Shown: positions 1 through 13,239 of the stretch, in pieces
Position numbering within the stretch: the stretch's first letter is position 1
Layout of the letters: every line of letters begins with the position of its first letter
Assembly: GCA_030264375.1 (NCBI GenBank)
Contig: JASCQW010000002.1
Coordinates: 118,236 to 182,235, forward strand
Length of the DNA: 64,000 nt
Origin: Carcharhinus longimanus
Taxonomy: Eukaryota
Reading direction: 5' to 3'
The notes under the pieces: generated by a model
What the model saw: only the letters and a program-made list of their open reading frames with translations
Told to the model about the DNA's origin: nothing
Database searches by the model: none
Made by a program: the position numbers and the translations under genes

Positions 1-99
1 TCTGTTTCTTTGTCCCTCATTTACTTCCCATTGTCCAAGTGTACTGATTGGGAAAATCAGTTTGACCGTGAATCCCACAAAAGGAATTTGTGGATTGTC

Positions 100-350
100 G
101 AGGAGATGGTTTTCTGGAACAGCTTTTGACAGAGCGAGGGAGAAGGTAATTTTGGATTTGGTGATGTGCAATGAGACAGATTTGATTAGGGAACTGAAGG
201 TGAAGGAACCCTTCTGGAGCAGTGACCAGAACATGATAGAATTTACCCTGCAGTTTGAGAGGGAGAAGTTGGAACCTCATGTAACGCTATTACAATTAAC
301 TGAAGGTAACTACAAAGACATGAGGGAGATTTTCGCCTGAGTTGATTGAG
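100..350 (+). mobile_element. CR1 LINE ORF2 fragment (end of endonuclease region)
   Basis: REKVILDLVMCNE..I.ELKVKEP..SSDQNMIEF resembles the CR1 LDL...SDH motif. Confidence 0.8.
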
Positions 351-535
351 TCCGTCCCCCAAAGCCCCCCATTGAAATTTAGTGTTGCTTACTCTTTATT
401 ATATCGTTCAATTTCAACTTGTTCCGTGATCTTTGCGAAATAATTCTGGGAAACGGTGACCTCAAATGGCACACCATATATTATACACAGTGGTTACAGA
501 ATATATCATCTGGGTATATATCATTTGTTTGACAG

Positions 536-579
536 AGCACAAAGAGGTGCGTTTGGTGAACGGAAAGCATCGCTGTGAG
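536..579 (+). CDS. Start of an SRCR-domain exon (EHKEVRLVNGKHRCE...), cut by gap
   Basis: tttgtttgacag acceptor followed by the phase-1 VRLVNG..RC N-terminal SRCR motif. Confidence 0.75.
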
Positions 580-1266
580 NNNNNNNNNNNNNNNNNNNNN
601 NNNNNNNNNNNNNNNNNNNNNNNNNNNNNNNNNNNNNNNNNNNNNNNNNNNNNNNNNNNNNNNNNNNNNNNNNNNNNNNTATCACTTCCGAATATTACTG
701 CAGCCTCCCGCCCTCTTGTGTGGAATATAATCGCTCTGGTTTGAAGTGAATTCCAGCCAATCAAATAATAATTTGGCATTTGGTTTGAGTTCCTGCCGCG
801 AATTGTATCAAACAAAACAGATATTTTCAGCCCACATTTCACGAAAAGTTTGTTTACCCCCACAGTACTCACGAGGTCCGCATTAATCCCGTCTTATGCG
901 TTCCTTTCATGACAGCTGAGTAAAATAATGCTGTCTGTGGCATAAGCACGGGCTCTTAACCGCCATTGGGCAGCGACCATTCATCTCCGAAGTATACATT
1001 ATTGTGTTAACGCTTATTTTATGACATTTTCCAATAGGAGTGCCGCAGTGTAGGGATGTGACCTGTCCCACATAGTTTCTGCTTTGTGATTTCCTGCAGT
1101 ATTTTCAGTGGTACATTACATTGAAAGTATCGGAGAGAATGTGCAGTGTGTATTTGATAGAAAGAAACTGCCAGTTGAACTGGAATATAATACAAGTACT
1201 TGTGAAGTGTTGACCTGATTGTGGAAATGATTGTAATTGTCACTCATTTTTCTTTTACCGTTTCAG

Positions 1267-1313
1267 ATCATCGTCATCAACAAATTCAGGATGTGACGTC
1301 CTCAGACATATGA
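1267..1313 (+). CDS. Putative terminal coding exon (xHRHQQIQDVTSSDI*) of an SRCR-type receptor tail, copy 1
   Basis: Strong acceptor ttttcttttaccgtttcag, phase 1. Conserved with the copies at 4327 and 54665. The 54665 copy splices in frame to upstream tyrosine-motif exons. Confidence 0.5.
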
Positions 1314-4300
1314 CTTAAATTAGAGGGGACACCCCTTCACTTTTCCACAAATATCCCATGTTGAATATGCTGTAACTCCAGATATAAATCTTGCTGATGT
1401 TTAAAATTAATTACTTCATGTTATGCTTGATGAATTATGATTTCTCTCTTTGCTTTGTATGGAAAAAAGAAACGTCCCGTTCAATGAACAATGAGAAAAC
1501 AACTTAGAATGTATTTCGAGCATTACACTGTTCATATTAAAGCTGTTACAACGCATTGCATTGTGGAACGGAGCCACTATTATGATTCAAGATTCGATGC
1601 AATATTTGTCAAGTGCATTTGAAACTTATTTTGTAAAATTGTCCTTCTTATCGCATTAAATACAGATTAGGGCAGATAAATACATGGTTTCGTTCCGTTA
1701 TCTTAATTTACTGTAATCTAGATTGTCACTGAAGTGAGGAGGAGTGTCCACAGCATTTCCCCAGCAACTAAATACAACAGGATGTTGTATCCCAGCACTA
1801 CCGCGAGCACTCGGGACCACTGAGGGCGCCGGGAGATGTGAAGATGGTAGTCAGATTTCCAGTTTCCTTTTCATTTTAATTCCTCAACCTTGATATCCAG
1901 TATTCCACTAGTGTTCATTTACTCCAGATAGGCCCCGACACTCTCGCCCGACAATTCTAACCATCCTTCGGTTGTTACGGTTATTAAAACAGAAATATTC
2001 ATTAGCTGAGACCGTCATTTTATAAGTACATAAATACAAGAAGTGTTGATAAAACTGAACAATTTAAACACAATTTTCCAAGGGGAGATTGAGAAATGAA
2101 TTTTTAAAATGTAGGCCCATCACACTGGCGCTATTTTCCGCCTATTAACGTGCTGTATTCCTCTATGTGAGGTCCACAACTTATTTTCAATGAGACAGTT
2201 AAAAAGTGAGTTGCAGATGCGCTTGTCCAGTGACGACCTCTAGCTGTTGGGGACAAAACATTAACTGTGTGGTATCAGGAACTATCTCGTGCTGGATCAT
2301 GCCTGCCAACAACTAATAACAAGCAATCCATCCAAAAACGCTATTCTTCCTGATATTATTCGAATCTAAACAAGCAAACGCCATAAAAAAGCTCGCCGTC
2401 CACCAAACATGCACAACCCTCTCCCTAATCTGTCCCAATTTGCACAGCACTCAGAAAGATTGGCATCATCCATGAAAAATTGGCCAGCTTGAGTGACGAG
2501 CCGTCGATCAAATAGATTCTCCACTCACCCCGTCCCGTTGCCTGCAGTGTGCAGCGTTTAAAAGATGCACTGCAGCAAAGCAACATGGTCACTTCCACAG
2601 CACAGTCCAAACCGAGAAATCTACCAGCTAGATGGACAAATTTGTAGAGATATCGGGACATCATCAGAAATCATTATCTCCCCCAGCCATTCACCATCCT
2701 GACGTGGAAAACAAATTGCATTTCTTTCACTGCTGCTCGGGTAAAATGATGGAACAGCCCCCCGAGCAGGACCTGCACCATATGGACTTCAGCAGTTCAA
2801 GAAAGCAGTTCATAACAGATTCTCAATGGCAGTTAGCGATAGACAGTGTATGGCAGCTGATACAAGAACACCGTCACATGCAAACAACATCTAATAAAAA
2901 CATTGCTGACCGAGATAAATATTTCCAAACGCAATAATATTTATTCATATTTCACTTATCTTCCAGAATGACTCACATTTTTCATCATTTCCAGTAAAAG
3001 AGCTTTAAGACTGTCTGATTCATTCTGATCCTCTGCTGATCTGTCAAAACCAGAACACTGAAACTTATCCATATCACCATTCGGTCAATGCTGATGGACC
3101 CAAATCAATCCAATCGCTTTCGAACAACACTATGAATCTATTAGCAGCCTACACTGGGATGTAAGCAGTGAAGCAAACTGATAATTATTGATCAACAATA
3201 ACTGTCCAATTTGCCAATAATTCTCGCACCTCAAAACATAATAATCTTTAATGCATTAGTTCAGTATATTTATTGATGAAGTTACTGTGAAATTCCTCTA
3301 ATCGCCACAGTGGGGCGCCTGTCCAGGTCAATGCATCTAACCAGCACGTCTTTCAGAATATGGGAGGAAACCGGAGCAATCGAAGGAAACCCTTGCAGAC
3401 CCGAGGAGAACGTGCAAACTCCACAGAGAAGGTGACTCAAGCCGGGAATTGAACCTGGGCCCCTGGAGCTGTGAGGCAGCAGTGCTAACTACTGTGCCAC
3501 CCTTAATAATAATACAAATGTTATTGTTATTATTCATAATATTATCCATCATTGTTATTGTCGACGTCATTACCATCATCAAGATTATTGAACAATATTA
3601 ATTTTCTCAGGGCGGTACAGTGGCACTGCGGCCTCACAGCACCAGGGATCCAGAGTTAATTGCGGTCCCGGGTGACCGTGTAGGGTTTACACATCGTCCC
3701 GTTTTTGCGTGAGGTCCCTGTCACTGCGCAGTTTTCATCCCACAGTGCCGGGTTAGGTAGAATGGCCTTGCTAAATTGTCCCTTGGTGTCGGACAGATTG
3801 GCGGGTTAAATATGTGTCACAGGGATGGGGCGCAGGTAGGATTGTTGTCGTGCAAGCTCGATGGGCCGAATGGTCTCTTTCTACACTGTCGTGATTCTGT
3901 GATTGTTGTTTCAATTATACTGCTGCTAATATTACTATTAATCATAAAAACACGGGGGATCTGGACCCATTACCTCTGCTCTGATAAATGTCCTGTTCCA
4001 ATAAGGAAGAATTTTATTCCTTTCTGATCAGCCAATAGACTGTGGTCCACACAACAACCATCACAAGCTGCCGTTATCTGAAGTCACATCCANNNNNNNN
4101 NNNNNNNNNNNNNNNNNNNNNNNNNNNNNNNNNNNNNNNNNNNNNNNNNNNNNNNNNNNNNNNNNNNNNNNNNNNNNNNNNNNNNNNNNNNNGAGAGAAT
4201 GTGCAGTGTGTATTTGATAGAAAGAAACTGCCAGTTGAACTGGAATATAATACAAGTACTTGTGAAGTGCTGACCTGATTGTGGAATTTTTTGTAATTCT

Positions 4301-4326
4301 CACTCATTTTCCTTTTACCGTTTCAG

Positions 4327-4373
4327 ATCACCGTCATCAACAAATTCAGGATGTGACGTCCTCAGACATATGA
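4327..4373 (+). CDS. Putative terminal coding exon (xHRHQQIQDVTSSDI*), copy 2
   Basis: Same as copy 1. Downstream AATAAA at 4726-4731. Confidence 0.5.
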
Positions 4374-7300
4374 CTTAAATTAAAGGGGACACCCCTTCAC
4401 TTTTCCACAAATATCGCCATGTTGAATATGCTGGAACTCCAGATATAAATGTTGATGTTGTTAAAAATTCATTGGACATTACTTCATGTTGTGCTTGCTG
4501 AATTATGATTTTTCTCTTCGTTTTGCATGAAAAAAGAAAAGGTCCATTCAATGAACAATGAAAAACAGCGTCGAATGTATTTCGAGCATTATACTGCCCA
4601 TATTAAAGCAGTTACATCGCATTGCATTATAGAACAGAGCCACTATTATGATTCAACATTTGATGCAATATTTGTCATGTGCATTTGAAAATCATTTTGT
4701 AAAAACTTTCCTTCTTATGCCATTAAATAAAGATTAGAACAGATAAATAAATGTTTTGGTTCCATTATCTTCATTTACTGTAATCTCGATGGTCACTGAA
4801 GTGAGGGGGGGTGTCCACAGCATTTCCCCAGCAACTTAATACAACAGGATGTTGTATCCCAGCACTGCCGCTAGCACTCGGGACCACTGAGGGCGCCGGG
4901 ATATGTGAAGATCGTAGTCAGAATTCTAAGTTTCCTTTTCACTTTAATTCCTCAAACTTTATATCCAGTAATGCATTAGTTTTCATTTACTCCAGATAGG
5001 CCCCAACACTATCGCCCGACAATTCTAACCATCCTTCGGCTGTTACGGTCATTAAAACAGGAATATTCATTAGCTGAGACCGTCATTTTATAAGTACATA
5101 AACACAAGAAGTGTTGGTAAAACTGAACATTTTAAAAGCAATTTTCCAAGGGGAGATTAAGAAAGGAATGTTTAAATGTAGTCCCACCTTACTGTCTCTA
5201 TTTTCCGCCTATTAGCATGCTTTATTCCTCTATGTGAGGTCCACAACTTATTTTCAATAATGTTGTTGAAAAGTGAGTTGCAGATTCGTTTATCTAGTGA
5301 CGACCTCTAGCTGTAGGGAACAAAATATTAGCTGTGTGGTGTCAGGAACTATCTCCTCCTGGATCATGCCTGCCAACAACTAACAGCAAGCAACCCATCC
5401 AGAAAGCCTGTTCTTCCTGATGTTATTCGGATCTAAACAAGCAAACGGCAAAATGCCCGCCGTACACCAAACATGCACAACCGTCTACCTCATCTATCCC
5501 AATTTGCACAGCACTCAGAAAGCTTCGCATCATCCTCGAAAAATTGGCCAGCTTGAGTGACGAGCCGCCGATCAAATAGATTCTCCACTCACCCCGTCCC
5601 ATTGCCTGCAGTTTGCATTCACCATCCTGACGTGGGGAAAAAAAGCCTCTTTTTTACTGCTCCCTGGCGAAATCATGGAAATCGCAGCCCCCCTCCACCC
5701 CCCCGCCCCACCCCCCCGGCCACAGCGCCCTCCTCCCCTTCCCCGTCCCCCGCCCCACAGCAGGCCCTGCACAATTTGGACTTCAGCAGTTCAAGAAAGC
5801 AGTTCATAACAGATTTTCAATGGCAGTTAGCGATAGACAGTGTATGCCAGCCAATACAAGAACACCATCACATGGAATCAAAAACTAATTAAAACACATT
5901 GCTGGGCGACATATATATTTCCAAATGAAATAATATTTACTCACATTTCACTTATCTTCCTGAATGACTCACATTATTCAACATTTCCAGGAACAGAGCT
6001 TTAAGAATATCTGATTCATTCTGAGCCTCTGCTGATCTGTCAAAACCAGAACATTGAAACTCATCCATATCACCATTCGGTCAATGTTGATGGACCCAAA
6101 TCAATCCAATCGCTTTCGAACAACACTATGAATCTATTACCAGCCTACACTGGACTGTACGCAGTGAAGGAAACTGGCCACCATCTTTCCGAGGGCAATT
6201 ATTGATCCATAATAACTGCTCAACTTGCCAATAATTCTCGCACCTCAAAAAATAATAATCTTTCATGCATTAGTTCAGTTTGTTTCTTGATGAAGTTACT
6301 GTGATATTCCTCTAATCGCCACAGTGGGGCGCCTGTCCTGCTGAATGCATCGAACCAGCACGTCTTTCAGAATATGGGAGGAAACCGGAACGCCCGAAGG
6401 AAACCCCCGCAGAGACGGGAAGAACATGCAAACACCACAGACAAGATGACTCAAGCTGGGAGTTGAACCTGGGTCCCTGGAGCTGTGAGGCAGCAGTGCT
6501 AACTACTGTGCCACCCTTAATAATAATACAAATGTTATTGTTATTTTTCATAATATTATCCATCATTTTTATTGTCGACGTCATTACTATCATCAAGATT
6601 ATTCAACAATATTAATTTTCTCAGGGCGGTCAGTGGCACTGAGGCCTCCCAGCACCAGGGATCCAGAGCTAATTGCAGTCCCGGGTGACCGTGTGGGGTT
6701 TACACATCGCCCCGTTTTTGTGTGAGTTCCCTGTCACTGCGCAGTTTTAATCCCACAGTGCAGGTTAGGTTGAATGGCCTTGTTAAATTGTCCCTTGGTG
6801 TCAGACAGATTGGCAGGTTAAATATGTGTCACAGGGATGGGGCGCAGGTAGGATTGTTGTCGTGCAAGCTCGATGGGCCGAGTGGTCTCTTTCTACACTG
6901 TCGTGATTCTATGATTGTTGTTTCAATTATACTGCTGCTAATATTACTATTAATCATAAAAACATGGGGGATCTGGACCCATTACCTCTGTTCTGATAAA
7001 TGTTCTGTTCCAATAAGGAAGAATTTGATTCCTTTCTGATCAGCCAATAGACTGTGGTCCACACAACAACCATCACAAGCTGCCGTTATCTGAAGTCACA
7101 TCCAGACCCATTATCGTCACCGTTAACACCATGTCAGTGACCCACTTCACCCCTTTCCATAACACCTCTACATCAAATAAGAACTCCCACCTGTTCAAGC
7201 TTCATGTCAACAGCAAATACATCTTTGTGTCTAGGAAAATTTCAGCATTTGGAAACATTTCGCTTCTCCCAGTTCTCAGTATTTAGTTCTGTGTACATTA

Positions 7301-9102
7301 ACACCACTGTCTTTCATGTAAATCTTTCCATGCAAGATTCCTGGAGTTCAGTTGCTCTCTTGCCTGTGCTGTCTTTTAATTTTCCAGGCACCAACATATT
7401 TTGCTGTTTAAAACAATCATTTTCTCTTTTTTCCCCTGTTCCAACACCGTGCTGACTGATCACAGCGAATATTGGGGAGAATGGGTTTGCACTGCACAAG
7501 GAAAATCTTCATCAACCGGGACAGTTTCTAAAATCGGCAGACAGAGGTGAAATGCACTCTGACATTTGGTCAGTTGCTGCTGGAGGGGAGGATGTATGTG
7601 TTAGAGCCAGTGCAGGTGGAGTGTGCGGGCTCTTAAACTTAATTATCTGCTCCTCTTTCCCGTTTCACAGTCAGTGGATTTGTAATGGGGTCCACGTGAC
7701 TTTCACCTGCCGTTGATGAAACAATTGCCTATTCTGACTCTTTACCTCAACATGTCCTCCTGAATGAAATTGTTCTCAGCTGTAGAACTGAACAATGTGA
7801 AACGGAGGTTGTTCGCTTTAGAGACAACTCTTTGATCTTACATGCCATTTGGTTGGGTGAGGAATCACACAATAGCCCATGGACTCTCGCTGCAAGCTTG
7901 AAGGCCTTGAGCAGTGCAGCAGTAAGGTAAACTGCTCAAGCAGTAATATGGAAATGGGGTCACCATCCCGGAACTCATCAATAGGTGAACTCTCCAGCTA
8001 CGGGAACGATCGCACACACACAAAAAAACTAACCATTATGGGGCAATCAACACATGCAGCTCACCAAATATTATGTGACTCACACTTCAATCTGTTCCCC
8101 AATATGAAACCTGAATCCCCACTCTCGCAAGTGCGCAAGAAGCAAACAAAACACTGACTCCCAATATTTGTGGTGCAGATAACACGAATTAAACCAAATC
8201 CTCTGTTTCCCACCGAACCGACCCGCTGACTCCGATTTTATTAGTCCCTGGACCCAACACCATGCTCAATTCGACCTCTGGACGCCAACATTGAGACCAC
8301 CGACCCGGATTTTCAGGCTTATCTACATTCTCATGATCCCTGCTTGCGACGCACCATCTCCCGCTTTCCAATACGGGGTCAACTTTTGTCCTGTACCCAA
8401 ACATCACCCACCTCCGCCCTGCCTTCCGCCGTCCACAATTCCCAGCTCCCGGAAGTCAAGCTTTAGCTGCTGCCAACTTGTGCCACAGAGTTCAACCGGA
8501 TTTGCAAGCTGCAGAAACACGATGGGACTTTAATATATGGTGAACTGATTCTTATGGATTCNNNNNNNNNNNNNNNNNNNNNNNNNNNNNNNNNNNNNNN
8601 NNNNNNNNNNNNNNNNNNNNNNNNNNNNNNNNNNNNNNNNNNNNNNNNNNNNNNNNNNNNNNNNNNNNNNNNNNNNNNNNNNNNNNNNNNNNNNNNNNNN
8701 NNNNNNNNNNNNNNNNNNNNNNNNNNNNNNNNNNNNNNNNNNNNNNNNNNNNNNNNNNNNNNNNNNNNNNNNNNNNNNNNNNNNNNNNNNNNNNNNNNNN
8801 NNNNNNNNNNNNNNNNNNNNNNNNNNNNNNNNNNNNNNNNNNNNNNNNNNNNNNNNNNNNNNNNNNNNNNNNNNNNNNNNNNNNNNNNNNNNNNNNNNNN
8901 NNNNNNNNNNNNNNNNNNNNNNNNNNNNNNNNNNNNNNNNNNNNNNNNNNNNNNNNNNNNNNNNNNNNNNNNNNNNNNNNNNNNNNNNNNNNNNNNNNNN
9001 NNNNNNNNNNNNNNNNNNNNNNNNNNNNNNNNNNNNNNNNNNNNNNNNNNNNNNNNNNNNNNNNNNNNNNNNNNNNNNNNNNNNNNNNNNNNNNNNNNNN
9101 NN

Positions 9103-9188
9103 CGCTGCCATGGCGATAAGGTAGCGTGTCACACATTTAGAAAGACCACATTTTCCTCGGGATAGAATCACAATCGTCAAGATATTAA
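9103..9188 (-). CDS. GPR139/GPR142-like GPCR exon 2, 5' part (NILTIVILSRGKCGLSKCVTRYLIAMAA), cut by gap
   Basis: ttcccttccccacag acceptor. TM1-ICL1-TM2 sequence nearly identical to the 33.8 kb copy. Confidence 0.85.
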
Positions 9189-11479
9189 CTGTGGGGAAGG
9201 GAAAGAAACACAGTTACTCACAATCAGGCTCAAAGCAAAATTACCACATTGATTGGGTACTAATTACATTGTCAGATATGGAGATGTCGGGCACTGCAGT
9301 TGATGTACACTAGTTGGCGTTCAGCAAGGATTTCGGCAAGATCCCGCCTGGGAAACTCGTCAGTAAGTTAAGAACACATGGGACCAAGGCGACTAAACTA
9401 ACTAAACATGAATGTGCAGGAGTCAGAGTGACACATTGAATCTGTTTCTTTTATTGGAAATCTGTGTCCAGTGATGAGAAGCAGTAATGCAAGGAGGTTC
9501 TTTGCTGTTTGCAGTGAACATTAATTAATATACATACAAACATTGAAGGTATGATTAATAAGCTCGCAGAAGACATGCAAATTTCGAATCAGGAAAATTG
9601 TCAGGAAGTTTACACAATTATACAGGCGGGTTGGCTAGGTCCATACATAGTCTCAAATGTGACTTAAGCTAAGAACTGCAAACCAATACATTTCTGGTGA
9701 TCGAACAAGGCAAGGGGATGCAGAATAAATGACAAAAGTGCTCGGAAGTACAATGGGACAGATGGAATGTGTGGGGCAAGGACAAAAATCTGTAAATCTG
9801 TTGAATAGGTAGTTAAGGGGGTGCTGAGCCACATGGGATACTTGCCTTCATTATCCACAGAATGTAATATAAGCTCATGAAAGGTATAATGGGGTTGAAA
9901 CTCTCATTGGGCTGTGCTGAACCCCTAGAAAACAAAGTCACCTCGAGCCGAAAATTTAGTGACAACAACATAGCCTTCAACACCATTATACCTCCAAAGA
10001 TCATCACCAAAATCAGTGGCCATGTATTTTTTTCCCTCGGCGACCAAATCCTGAACATAGAAAATAGAACATTACAGCGCAGTACAGGCCCTTCAGCCCA
10101 CAATGTTGCGCCGACCAGTGGAACCAATCTAATGACCCACAAACCTAAACTATTCCAATGTTATCCATATGCCTATCCACTGACCATTTGAACGCCCTTA
10201 AAGTTGGCGAGTCCACNNNNNNNNNNNNNNNNNNNNNNNNNNNNNNNNNNNNNNNNNNNNNNNNNNNNNNNNNNNNNNNNNNNNNNNNNNNNNNNNNNNN
10301 NNNNNNNNNNNNNNNNAAGTGCAGGTCAGTGGGACTAGGCAAAGAAATGGTTCGGCACAGACAAGAAGGGCCAAAAGGCCTGTTTCTGAGCTGGAATTTT
10401 CTACGGTAAATGAAATAGAAGGTTTATTCTTTATGAAAGTTTGAATTAGGGGATCTTAATTGGCCTCAACAAGTCGGTGAAAACGAAGAATTAGGAAATG
10501 TATGAATCGAAAGCCAGCGGTGAGGAAACTGCCAATTATATAAGACCTTTCACCATCGCAGCGCTGTACAAAACACTCCAGAGACAATAAAGAGCTTTTA
10601 ATTGCATGTTGGAAAAGCAACCAATCCTGGAATGACCAGTCAGCTAAACATAGCGACAGAAACTGAAGAACTAAGTGTTGACAAACCAGTCTACTCACTC
10701 GAGGGCAGATTTTGCTTTCTCAGCGTGTGTCCGAGGAGCAAGCGAGATTCCAGTTAGCCTCATGGATGTAAAGTTCCTCTCCAGTTACGAACAATGCTGA
10801 GAAGGACACAGCAGTATTTTATACATATACAAATCACTGAAGGTGCCAGGGCAGAATCATAAATGAAGAGGCCCTTCGATCGATACTGCACTGACAAAAA
10901 AAATGCAGAATTTTTATCGGTGGAGATATTTGCAAGATCTCACCAAAAAACGGCAGTGTCGGGATCTGACTGAAAACCGGACATTGTCCAAAAACAAAAC
11001 GCAAGGGACGTAATTCATCCCAACATTTTGAGGAATGGTCCCTTCACACATCTGCATCGGGGGCTGCACTGAGACACAAGCGTCATTTTTAAAGTGTGCT
11101 CAATTAGCCAATCTTCCGCGCTGGATTTCTGCAAAAGCAACAGACTTAGTCACATTCTCCTGCCTTTTCCCCATAGCAACGTAAGAACGTAGCTACGGAG
11201 GTCTCGACTCTCTGACAAGTCTAGTCAACAAGTCGTCCTTATCAATCTTGAACCCCTGTCAGGACAGACTTGCATTGACTGACGCCATATCTGGGACGGC
11301 ATCTCCGTTTCCCTCTCTCCCCAGATGCTGCCAGACCTGCTGAGTTAATCCAGCCTTGTATATATTGATTTCAGCATCTGCAATGCGCTGCCTGACAGTG
11401 CGATGGGGGTTGATCCAATTGTGACTTTCAGAAGAGAAATGGACAATTATCAGAAGAGAAAAAAGTTTGTAGGATCCCT

Positions 11480-11765
11480 AGAGGCCATTCACCCCATCGA
11501 GTCTGCACCGACCACAATCCCACCCAGACCCCATTCCCGTAACCTCACATGTTCACCCTGCTAATCCCCCTGACGCTAAGGTTAATTTAGCGTTTACCAA
11601 TCGACCTAACCCGCACATCTTTGGAGTGTGGGAGGGAGCCTGAGCGCCTGGAGGAAACCCACGCAGACACATGGAGAATGTGCCAACAGGCCATGACCCG
11701 AGGCCAGAATTGAACCGGGGTCCCTGGCGTTGTGAGGCAGCAGTGCCAACCACTGTGCCACCGTA
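11480..11765 (-). mobile_element. tRNA-derived V-SINE (HE1-like). Other copies near 3285-3502(-), 3610-3900(+), 6290-6515(-), 6623-6915(+), 20890-21100(+), 31550-31820(-), 32230-32467(-), 32760-33055(+), 38740-39075(-), 42120-42345(-)
   Basis: A/B-box head GGTGGCACAGTGGTT..CACTGCTGCCTCAC..CCAGGGACCC.GGTTCAATTC followed by the V-domain TTCTCC..GTGTCTGCGTGGGTTTCCTCC. Confidence 0.85.
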
Positions 11766-12169
11766 CATGGCTATGGAGAAAAGGCTCTTGCAGAGATCCA
11801 GCACAGAAGCGAGGCCACGAATGGTCTGCTTCTATGCTGTACCCATTCAATGATCCTGTGTTTGATTATTATTCAGAATTATTCGAAGGAAGGCAAGAGG
11901 GCAAAAGTTTCAACATTGAAATCTAAATTGATTGTTTTAATTAAACAGCGTATTTGAGTTCCAGGGAGAGCAAAAGGAACAGGAGGTTGAGAAAACACAG
12001 TACAAACTATCAAACAAAAGCAGATATCGCCCCACTATTTAAGAAGCAAGGAAAAGAGGAAACAAGGAACAACAGATCAGTTATCCAGACATCAGGAACA
12101 TGGAAATGCTGGAATCTGTTCTAAAGAATATGACAACTGGATAATAATGAATATCGATTAATGATTAGG

Positions 12170-12300
12170 CACTCATCTGATGAAGGTGCAGTGTTCCGAA
12201 AGCTCGTGCTATTAAATAAATGTGTTAGACTTTAACCTGGTGTTGTGAGATCACTCACTGTGCCCACCCCAGTCCAACGCCGGCATCTCCACATCATGGA
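12170..12300 (+). mobile_element. Penelope-like terminal repeat with degenerate minimal hammerhead core (related copies near 22350-22490(-) and 62778-62950)
   Basis: CAT-CTGATGA-A-GGTGC AGT GTTCC-GAAA-GCTC-GTG followed by AATAAA and the repeat tail shared with the other copies. Confidence 0.65.
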
Positions 12301-12319
12301 TTATAATGATTTGATTGGT

Positions 12320-12820
12320 TATAGTTGACGTGGATTCACAAATGGGAAATCACGTTTGACAAACCTCTTGGAGGTTTTTGAGGGCCTGACTCACAGCAGG
12401 GAGGTCTTGCTGCAACTGTACAGGGCACTGGTGAGGCCACAGCTGGAGTACTGTGTGCAGTTTTGGTCGCCGCACTTACGCAAGGATATATTGGCCTTGG
12501 ATGGAGTGCAGAGGAGGTTCACTAGGCTGATACCGGAGATGAAGGGGTTGGACTATGAAGACAGACTAAATAGACTGGGTCTATACTCGTTGGAGTTTAG
12601 AAGGATGAGGGGGAATCTTATAGAGACGTATTCGATAATGAAAGGGATGGATAGGGCACAGCCTCAAGACAAGTGTGTGGGGAGTGCAGTTTAGAACGGA
12701 GAGTGGGAAAGTGGAACTGATCAACTTCAGATCAGCCATGATCTTATTGAATGGCGGGGCAGGCTCGAAGGGCTAGATTGGCCTAATCCTGCTCATAATT
12801 CTTGTGTTCCTATGTTCTTA
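12320..12820 (+). mobile_element. CR1 LINE, internally deleted RT fragments plus 3' end
   Basis: LTNLLEVFE; LYRALVRPQLEYCVQFWSPHLRKDI..VQRRFTRLIP; 3' tail ttcctatgttctta. Confidence 0.9.
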
Positions 12821-13239
12821 TTAATTAATATACATACAAACATTGAAGGTATGATTAATAAGGCCGCAGAAGACATGCAAATTTCTAATCAGGAAAATTG
12901 TTCGGAAGATTACACGATCATACAGGCAGACTGGCCAGGTCCATACATAGTCTAAAACTTAATTTAAATTTAAGAAATGCAAACCAATACATTTTTGGTG
13001 ATCGAACAAGGCAAGGGAATGCAGAGTAAATGACAAAATGCTCTGAAGTACAAAGGGCCAGATGGAATGTGCGATGTAAGCACGAAAATTCGTAAGTCTG
13101 TTGTACAGGCAGTGAAGGGGATGCTGAGCTACATGGGATACTTGCCTTCATTATACACAGGATATAATATAAGTCCATGAAAGGTATAATGGGGATAAAA
13201 CACTCGCTGGGCTACTCGGAATCCCTAGAAAACAGAGTC

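Larger units (their letters stand above)
1133..7104 (+). repeat. Two diverged copies of an approximately 2.95 kb segment (1133-4092 and 4193-7104)
   Basis: Collinear similarity including shared SINEs. Both contig ends match the other copy exactly over 77 nt. Confidence 0.9.

Noticed and set aside
5557-5892. Proline-rich 111-aa ORF
   Set aside because: It comes from a C-rich low-complexity insertion absent from the duplicate copy near 2760, within a decayed LINE remnant.
8530-9180. Long ORFs of about 200 aa in the ORF track (and all other X-containing ORFs)
   Set aside because: They are open only because they run through N gaps. Only the GPCR fragment at 9103-9188 is real.
11690-11765. tRNA genes suggested by A/B-box motifs
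   Set aside because: They are SINE heads followed by V-domain bodies and lack a complete cloverleaf.
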